From NCBI GenBank assembly GCA_037142615.1, contig JBAXAI010000016.1, positions 24,318 to 88,317 of the forward strand: DNA of 64,000 bases, written 5' to 3'. This document shows positions 57,861 to 64,000 of this stretch, one piece after another. Both the position numbers and the translations under genes were made by a program. Below the pieces are notes generated by a model that was given only the letters and a program-made list of their open reading frames with translations, ran no database searches and was not told the origin of the DNA. Origin of the DNA: Spirochaetales bacterium (lineage in GTDB: Bacteria > Spirochaetota > Spirochaetia > JABEVK01). Every line of letters starts with the position of its first letter. The stretch's first letter is position 1.

Positions 57861-60660
57861 GGTTGCGTTGGCGTTGTTCGGTGGAATGGCCTGGAGCCAG
57901 GACACTTCGGTTCCCCGGTTTGGAATGGGCACCTACGGCAACCTGGGGTATGGGTCCTCCGGCGTCACCGGTGTTCCCGGTGCCACCATCCTGTTGGGCG
58001 ATTTTCCCATCGGCATCCATCTGGGCACGTCCCAGGGCGTGTACGAGTCGGCCCTCAACCTCGACTGGCACTTTTGGAACCAGCAGTTTGCCGGCAGCAC
58101 GCTGGGCTGGTTTGCCGGCGCGGGAATCTACGGCGGTTACGGCACCGACTTCGCGGACTTTCAGGTCGCGGGGGCCGGCGGCCGGGGACTGCTGGGCGTG
58201 CGCAACGTGTTCTTCAAGGCTTGGGAGGCCTACGTGGCGATGACCCCTTCCTACGGGGTCAACTACTTCAGCAACATTCTTTACCCGCACTGGAGCGTCG
58301 ATTTCGAAACCGGCCTGCGTTTCCTGTTCCCGGTCAGCACCAACCCCGTCAAGGTCGTGGAAGCTCCCCATCCTCAAGTTCTTCTGGTACCCATGCTCAA
58401 CGCCTTCACCCCCGGGCTCAAAGGCCCCATGGGAACGTTGAACCTTTCGCTTCGCCCGCTGGCCATCGACCGGGTCAAGTCCTGGAAGCTCCTGGTTGCC
58501 GACGCCGCGGGAGCGGAGCTCTACGCGGCCCGTGGCGAGGGCTCACCGCCTGCAACCCTGCCGTGGAACGGTCTTGTCAAAGACAAACCCGCTCCCGAGG
58601 GCAGCTATCGGGCCACGATCTCGGTCACCTACACCGACGGTCAGCTGGCCGAAGTCGCCAGCAAGCCCTTCGCCATCGACATGTCGGTCCCCGAGGTGGT
58701 GGCAGCCCCGGTCAAACCTCGCTTCAACCCCAATCAGGATGCGGGCGACAGTTTCCAGCTGGACGTCGCCGCCAAGAGTTCGGCCGAGCTCACCAAGTGG
58801 TCGTTTGCCGTTGCCGACGAGTCAGGCGCCGAGTTGTACGCCCAAGAGGGCACGGGAACTCCCCCCTCGACGCTGGAATGGAACGGCGTCGGCGGGGCAG
58901 GGGCTATCGCGGGTCAAGGCAAGAACTACACCTACACGGTCGGAGTGACCGACAGCATGGGAAAATCCCAATCGAGCCAGGGCGTGATCGCGGTCGACTT
59001 TGTGCACCCGGCCCTGAGCCTGACCGCCGACCGCCTCGCGTTCAGCCCCGTTGGCGACCCCCAGCAAGTCCTGCTCACGGTGAGCCCCGGGGAAATCCAG
59101 GCCGTGACGGGTTGGAAGCTTCAGATTCTCGATGCGAAAGGCGAGAACGTCCGGGAGTTCTCGGGAAAAGGCGCGGTTCCCGCCTCGCTGGTGTGGGACG
59201 GAACCAACGGCCTGAGCCTGCCCGTGGAAGGCTCCATGAGCGCCAAATTGCTGGTGAGCTACACCTTCGACGAAAACGGCGCGGTCGAGTCGGCTCCGTT
59301 CGAGGTCTCGACCACAGGGCCCAAGCTTTCAGTGGCCCTGGCCGCCAAGCACTTCCTGCCCGGTGGCGACGGCCAGAACGAGCTTCAGACCCTCCAGTTG
59401 GGCGCCAGCTCGAAGTTTGACCTGACGCGTTGGAACCTCGCGGTCAACCGGCCCGACGGCACGACCCTGCGCACCTGGAGCGGCGAAGGGCAGCCACCTA
59501 CCGAGGTGGCCTTTAACGGCAAAGGCGATGATGGAACAACGCTGGTTGCCTTCGGTGCCGATGCCGCGTGGGTGTACCAGGCCACCGACGTCCTGGGCCA
59601 GAAATCGACCCTCAAGGGTCTCCTGCCGGTCGATTTGCCCCGGCCCGCCGTCACCCTGTCGGCGCCGGCTGCTTTCAGTCCGCTCGGTACCACCAAAGTT
59701 CTCCCGGTGGCCCAGGAACCGGCAACCTTGACCCGCGTGAAAACCTGGCTGTTCTCGGTTTTGAACAAGGAGGGCACGGTTGTCTACCAGTTGCCCGGCC
59801 AGGGTTCACCGGCCGCGCTGACGTGGGATGGCCGCAACCGCAGCGCTCAGGTGGTCGAGGGTTCCTACACCGCGAAGCTCGACGTGGTTTACGACCGGGG
59901 CGAGGTGGGTTCGGCAGTCAGCCAGCCCTTCCTGCTCGACAACAGCGTGCCGAAGTTGACCGCCTCGCGTCCCGACGCACCGTGGACCCCTGATGGGGAC
60001 GGCTACGACGACGCCTGGGGCCTGACCACCAAAGTCACCAACCTTTCGCCCGTGGCCTCGTGGGAACTCGTGGTTACCGACCCCACCGGCCAACCGTTCC
60101 GCACCCTCAAGGTTGCCTCCGCGCTCCCCGAGCTTGTGCCGTGGGATGGAAAGTCCGACTCCGGCGAATCGGTGAGCAGCGCCGAGACCTACAGCTGGAA
60201 ACTCTCGGTTGTCGACACCTTGGGCAAAGCCGCCAGTGCCAGCGGAAAGGTGACCACCGACATTCTGGCCCTTCCCGGTCCCGGCGGCCTGCGGCTCGAC
60301 CTCACCGGCCTCACCTTTGTGCCCAACAAAGCCACCTTGGTGAGCGACGCAAGCGAAGGCGGCAAGAAGAACGCGGAGTTGCTGTCCAAGCTCAACACGG
60401 TGCTCGACCGCCTTGCGGACTACAAGATCACCATCGTGGGTCACGCCATCAACCTCAGCGGCACCGCCAAGGAAGAGGTTGAGCTCGGAGTGCTCTCAAC
60501 AGCGCGCGCCGAGGCCGTCAAGGCCATGCTGGTGAGCAAAGGCCTCCCGGCCCAACGCATCACTGCGGCTGGAAAGGGCGGCACCGACCAGGTGGTCCCC
60601 GATACCGACAAGGTGAACCGCTGGAAGAACCGCAGGGTCGAGTTCCTGCTCACAAAATAA
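57841..60660 (+). CDS. outer-envelope protein: N-terminal beta-barrel-like domain, FlgD-type Ig repeats, OmpA peptidoglycan-binding domain
   Basis: Signal peptide; amphipathic strands; about six W-x-L-x-V...WDG/WNG Ig units; LSTARAEAVK...NRRVEF. Confidence 0.85.
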   Translation: MKNLKLLVALALFGGMAWSQDTSVPRFGMGTYGNLGYGSSGVTGVPGATILLGDFPIGIHLGTSQGVYESALNLDWHFWNQQFAGSTLGWFAGAGIYGGYGTDFADFQVAGAGGRGLLGVRNVFFKAWEAYVAMTPSYGVNYFSNILYPHWSVDFETGLRFLFPVSTNPVKVVEAPHPQVLLVPMLNAFTPGLKGPMGTLNLSLRPLAIDRVKSWKLLVADAAGAELYAARGEGSPPATLPWNGLVKDKPAPEGSYRATISVTYTDGQLAEVASKPFAIDMSVPEVVAAPVKPRFNPNQDAGDSFQLDVAAKSSAELTKWSFAVADESGAELYAQEGTGTPPSTLEWNGVGGAGAIAGQGKNYTYTVGVTDSMGKSQSSQGVIAVDFVHPALSLTADRLAFSPVGDPQQVLLTVSPGEIQAVTGWKLQILDAKGENVREFSGKGAVPASLVWDGTNGLSLPVEGSMSAKLLVSYTFDENGAVESAPFEVSTTGPKLSVALAAKHFLPGGDGQNELQTLQLGASSKFDLTRWNLAVNRPDGTTLRTWSGEGQPPTEVAFNGKGDDGTTLVAFGADAAWVYQATDVLGQKSTLKGLLPVDLPRPAVTLSAPAAFSPLGTTKVLPVAQEPATLTRVKTWLFSVLNKEGTVVYQLPGQGSPAALTWDGRNRSAQVVEGSYTAKLDVVYDRGEVGSAVSQPFLLDNSVPKLTASRPDAPWTPDGDGYDDAWGLTTKVTNLSPVASWELVVTDPTGQPFRTLKVASALPELVPWDGKSDSGESVSSAETYSWKLSVVDTLGKAASASGKVTTDILALPGPGGLRLDLTGLTFVPNKATLVSDASEGGKKNAELLSKLNTVLDRLADYKITIVGHAINLSGTAKEEVELGVLSTARAEAVKAMLVSKGLPAQRITAAGKGGTDQVVPDTDKVNRWKNRRVEFLLTK

Positions 60661-60672
60661 GGAGTGAACATT

Positions 60673-62784
60673 ATGAAACCAAACAAGTCCTTCCACCGGC
60701 CCTTTGTGCTCGTGACCCTTCTCGCGCTGCTGGTCACCTGCAGCAGTCCTTACCTCATCATCAAAAGCGACGCGGTGGACGGAGCGGCGGTCACGAAGCT
60801 CAACACCAGCCTCCAGCCGACCCTCGTCAGCGGCGACGTGCTGACGGCAGTGACCAGCAATCTCACTTTGCCCACCACCGATGCCAGCGGGGCCACCATT
60901 GTGTGGAAATCCAGCGACTCGGCGGTCGTTGCCGCCGATGGTAGTGTCACAGCCCCCGCCGCCGGAGCGGCCGATGTGACGGTCACCCTGACGGCCACCA
61001 TTACCAAGGGCTCCGCCACGCAGACCAAGACCTTCACGGTTATTGTGAAAGCCGGTAGCGGCTTGACGGTGACCTTTGACGACCAAGGCGCCAGCACAGC
61101 GGTGACGCCTGCAACCAAGAAGGTCGTCAGCCCGGCGACGACAGTTGACGCCCTTCCCACCGACCCGGCCAAGACCGGCTACACCTTCGACGGTTGGTGG
61201 ACGGCCATCAGCGGGGGTGGAACGCAGTTCCTGGCCGCCACGGCCGTGACAGCCAAGCTCACCGTGTACGCCAAATGGACAGCGGTAGGGGGCGGCGGAA
61301 CGACCTACACCGTCACCCTCGACGACCAAAACGCCACCACGGCAGTCACGCCCACCACCAAGGCAGTGGTCAGCCCGGCGACAGCGGTTGATGCCCTTCC
61401 CACCGACCCCGCGAAGACTGGCAATGTGTTTGGCGGTTGGTGGACAGCAATCAATGGCGGAGGTACACAGTTCACCGCGGCCACCTCTGTCAGCGCCAGT
61501 CTCACCGTGTACGCCAAGTGGACCACGGCCTTCACAGTCAGCTTCAACGACCAAAGCGCCACCACGGCAGTCACGCCCACCACCAAGGCGGTGGTCAGCC
61601 CGGCGACCGCGGTTGATGCTCTACCCACCGACCCCGCAAGGACTGGCTATGCCTTTGGCGGTTGGTGGACAGCAACCAATGGTGGTGGCACTCAGTTCAC
61701 TGCGGCCACGACCGTGAGCGCTAGTCTCACCGTGTACGCCAAGTGGACGGTTGCCCTGAGTTCAACCAAAGCCATCACGGGATTTAGTTTCACCAGCCTG
61801 GCCGCGACCGGAACTGTCACGCAAGCGGACCACACGATCGCGATAAGCGTTCCCAGTAACGCCATCCTTGCCTCGCTTAAGCCCGCGATCACACAAACTG
61901 GTGCCAGCGTGAGTCCGGCCTCGGGCGTGGCCAACGACTTCGTCTTCGACACCCCGGTGACCTACACGGTCACCGCAGCCGATGGCTCGACCCAAGCCTA
62001 CACGGTGACAGTCAAGAAAGTTCTTTGGACCACCTACACCTCGACCGAAGGCTTGGCAGACAACCTTGTCAGAGGGGTCTACGTCTCGGGCACGACCATC
62101 TACGCCGCGACCGTCGCCGGTTTGTCTGTTTCAACCGACCCAGGGTCGGTCTGGACCAACTACACCAATGTCACCACGAACAATGGCATTATTGACAACA
62201 TGGTCCATAGCGTCTACGTCTCGGGCTCGTACATTTACGCCGCGACCGACATCGGTTTGTCTGTTTCATCCGACTCGGGGCAGAGCTGGGCCACCCCAAC
62301 AAAATCGGATAATGGCTTGGCAGACGACGCTGTCAGTGGTGTCTGGGCTACGGGCGCAACCGTCTATGCCGCGACCGGCAGTGGTTTGTCGGTTTCGAGC
62401 GATAAGGGACACAGCTTTACCAACTACGCCTGGGTCGACGGCCAGTTTATAAGATCGGTCACAGGGGTCTACGTCTCGGGCTCGACCATCTATGCCGCGA
62501 CCACCAGAGGCTTGGAAATTAAGGACGGGACAGGCCAGTGGATCAACTACCCCCTGAACGGGCCCGGGAGCCGCATAGTGGTCAACGGGGTCTACGCCTC
62601 TGGCTTGGACATCTACGCCGCGACCATGGTGCAGGGTTTGTCGATTTCGAAAGACGGGGGAGCCAGTTGGACCAACTACAACAAGGCGGTCAACGGCTTG
62701 GCAGACGACTGGGTCTACGGGGTCTACGTCTCGGGCTCGACCATCTACGCCGCTACCTCCGGTGGTTTGTCGGTGGGCCAATGA
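60673..62784 (+). CDS. surface lipoprotein with Ig-like domain, three InlB B-repeats and beta-propeller repeats
   Basis: Lipobox LLVTC; three LPTDP.KTG..F.GWWTA..GG...TVYAKWT repeats; GVYVSGSTIYAAT..GLS repeats. Confidence 0.85.
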   Translation: MKPNKSFHRPFVLVTLLALLVTCSSPYLIIKSDAVDGAAVTKLNTSLQPTLVSGDVLTAVTSNLTLPTTDASGATIVWKSSDSAVVAADGSVTAPAAGAADVTVTLTATITKGSATQTKTFTVIVKAGSGLTVTFDDQGASTAVTPATKKVVSPATTVDALPTDPAKTGYTFDGWWTAISGGGTQFLAATAVTAKLTVYAKWTAVGGGGTTYTVTLDDQNATTAVTPTTKAVVSPATAVDALPTDPAKTGNVFGGWWTAINGGGTQFTAATSVSASLTVYAKWTTAFTVSFNDQSATTAVTPTTKAVVSPATAVDALPTDPARTGYAFGGWWTATNGGGTQFTAATTVSASLTVYAKWTVALSSTKAITGFSFTSLAATGTVTQADHTIAISVPSNAILASLKPAITQTGASVSPASGVANDFVFDTPVTYTVTAADGSTQAYTVTVKKVLWTTYTSTEGLADNLVRGVYVSGTTIYAATVAGLSVSTDPGSVWTNYTNVTTNNGIIDNMVHSVYVSGSYIYAATDIGLSVSSDSGQSWATPTKSDNGLADDAVSGVWATGATVYAATGSGLSVSSDKGHSFTNYAWVDGQFIRSVTGVYVSGSTIYAATTRGLEIKDGTGQWINYPLNGPGSRIVVNGVYASGLDIYAATMVQGLSISKDGGASWTNYNKAVNGLADDWVYGVYVSGSTIYAATSGGLSVGQ
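61066..61750 (+). repeat. three intragenic ~220-bp InlB B-repeat copies
   Basis: Near-identical units starting at about 61066, 61303 and 61528. Confidence 0.85.
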
Positions 62785-62886
62785 CCGGGCGCCCTACCAA
62801 TTAGTCCACTGAGATCACCCCTACCCGGATTCCCCATTTGAGGAGTTCGGCTAGGGGTGATTTTCAATTGGGGAGGCCGCGCGTCA
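62781..62886. other. long intergenic hairpin
   Basis: ATCACCCCTA/TAGGGGTGAT core, with outer CCAATT/AATTGG and TGAC/GTCA arms. Confidence 0.55.
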
Positions 62887-62894
62887 ATACCGCC

Positions 62895-63086
62895 TGTCGT
62901 AGTTCTACGATATCCGGCAGGCGCGAACCCCCTGAGGATGATCTCAAGCAAAGGAGATCATCATGCAAAGGTTCATGTCAGCAAAACTGTTTTCTGTTGG
63001 TGTATTGGGAAGGGCCAAGTGGGCTGCCCTTGAGTTCGAAGAGGGAGTTTCCCAGGGGGTGACTCTGTGAAAAATCTCAAACTTCT
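62895..63086 (+). repeat. duplicated regulatory/leader cassette, copy 2
   Basis: Homologous to 57666-57860. Confidence 0.9.
62963..63070 (+). CDS. putative 35-aa leader peptide MQRFMSAKLFSVGVLGRAKWAALEFEEGVSQGVTL
   Basis: AAGGAG-N6-ATG; TGA overlaps GTG 63067; the only indel relative to copy 1 is one codon. Confidence 0.55.
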   Translation: MQRFMSAKLFSVGVLGRAKWAALEFEEGVSQGVTL

Positions 63087-64000
63087 GGCTTTGCTGGCGG
63101 CCCTGGCGGTCCTGGCAGGCTGTTTCAACGCGGTCACCGAACCCAACCCGTCTGATGGGTCTCAAATCCCCACCAACTTGTCCGACACTTTGGTCTTGGG
63201 CGGCAACACCGACCTTCTGAACATCAGGGGAGGCTTGGCCCTCCCCGACGCCGGCGCTGACGGTTCGTCGATAACCTGGACGTCGAGCAACCCTGCGGTG
63301 GTTTCGGCTTCCGGAGTGGTCAGGCGGCCCCCAAAAGGGACGGGCACCACCGTAACCCTGACCGCCACGATAACCAAAAACGGCAAGACCGTCACAAAGA
63401 CCTTTACCATCAGCGTCCAGCCGGTGCCCGCCGACGCCAGCATGGCCATCACCGACGACAAGGCAACCCTGGTCGACTCCCTGATCCGGGGAACCAACAG
63501 CAACCTGGCCACTGTCAACGCCAGCCTGAGCCTGCCGACAACGGGCCCCAGTGGTACCTCCATCGTCTGGGCCAGCGACAACCCCGCCGTCGGCTGCGAT
63601 GGAACCGTGACGCGGCCCGCTGCCGGTTCTCTGGCCGCCACGGTCACCCTTACGGCCAGCTTCACCAAGTCCGGCGGCACCACGGTGACCAGTACCTTTA
63701 CGGTGGTCGTCCAGCCGGCATCCGCCGACGCCGGCGTGGCCATCACCGACGACAAGGCAGCGCTGGTCGCCTGCCTGATCCGGGGAACCAACGCCAACCT
63801 CACCACCGTTACCGCCAGCCTGAGCCTGCCCACCACGGGCCCCAGCGGTACTTCCATCGCCTGGGCCAGCGACAACCCAGCCATCGGCCCCGACGGAACC
63901 GTGACGAGGCCCGCCGCAGGTTCTCCGGCTGCCATGGTCACCCTTACTGCCACCATCACCAAGAACGGCGGCACCCCGGTGACCAACACCTTTACGGTAA
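63067..64000 (+). CDS. surface lipoprotein with tandem Ig-like repeats (runs off the window)
   Basis: Manual translation MKNLKLLALLAALAVLAGC (lipobox), then LP...G.SI.W.S.NPA repeats; 297-bp DNA repeats at about 63415 and 63712; open to the window end. Confidence 0.85.
   Translation, partial: MKNLKLLALLAALAVLAGCFNAVTEPNPSDGSQIPTNLSDTLVLGGNTDLLNIRGGLALPDAGADGSSITWTSSNPAVVSASGVVRRPPKGTGTTVTLTATITKNGKTVTKTFTISVQPVPADASMAITDDKATLVDSLIRGTNSNLATVNASLSLPTTGPSGTSIVWASDNPAVGCDGTVTRPAAGSLAATVTLTASFTKSGGTTVTSTFTVVVQPASADAGVAITDDKAALVACLIRGTNANLTTVTASLSLPTTGPSGTSIAWASDNPAIGPDGTVTRPAAGSPAAMVTLTATITKNGGTPVTNTFTV

Noticed and set aside
57666-63086. DGR template/variable repeat pair, or a known c-di-GMP/c-di-AMP riboswitch
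   Set aside because: Differences are not adenine-specific, there is no reverse transcriptase, and the consensus features of those riboswitches could not be matched by eye.

Overview
GC-rich chromosomal window, most likely from a free-living spirochaete (inferred from spirochaete-type hypothetical proteins, PEGA/ApbE/RlmE genes and FlgD-Ig/OmpA envelope proteins). No rRNA, tRNA, CRISPR array, prophage or transposase was seen. From left to right: (i) the 5' part of purL with a CheY-like/Hpt-REC/TerB trio, and sodA; (ii) a ~13.5 kb beta-mannoside utilisation locus (sugar ABC transporter, GH28-like protein, two GH130 phosphorylases, cellobiose 2-epimerase, LacI regulator with four GGAAACCGGTTTC-type operators) that unexpectedly includes a glycyl radical enzyme, its activase and a DUF4434-like protein; (iii) a Gfo/Idh/MocA + TIM-barrel pair with an AraC regulator; (iv) housekeeping and signalling genes (STAND-type cyclase, PP2C, nadE, a DUF1538 gene interrupted by an in-frame UGA, a triple PII-like protein, rhomboid, polyprenyl synthase, rlmE, apbE); (v) a CheY-less chemosensory cluster containing a partner-switching module, plus a MITE-like element; (vi) an envelope-protein island (secreted caspase, barrel-Ig-OmpA protein, repeat lipoproteins). 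Two genes in this island share a duplicated ~195 bp cassette made of a palindrome, a hairpin-masked RBS and an unannotated 35-36 aa leader ORF coupled to the main gene. The best candidates for undescribed biology are this cassette and the GRE inside the mannoside locus. All product calls rest on motif recognition by eye; no database searches were run.
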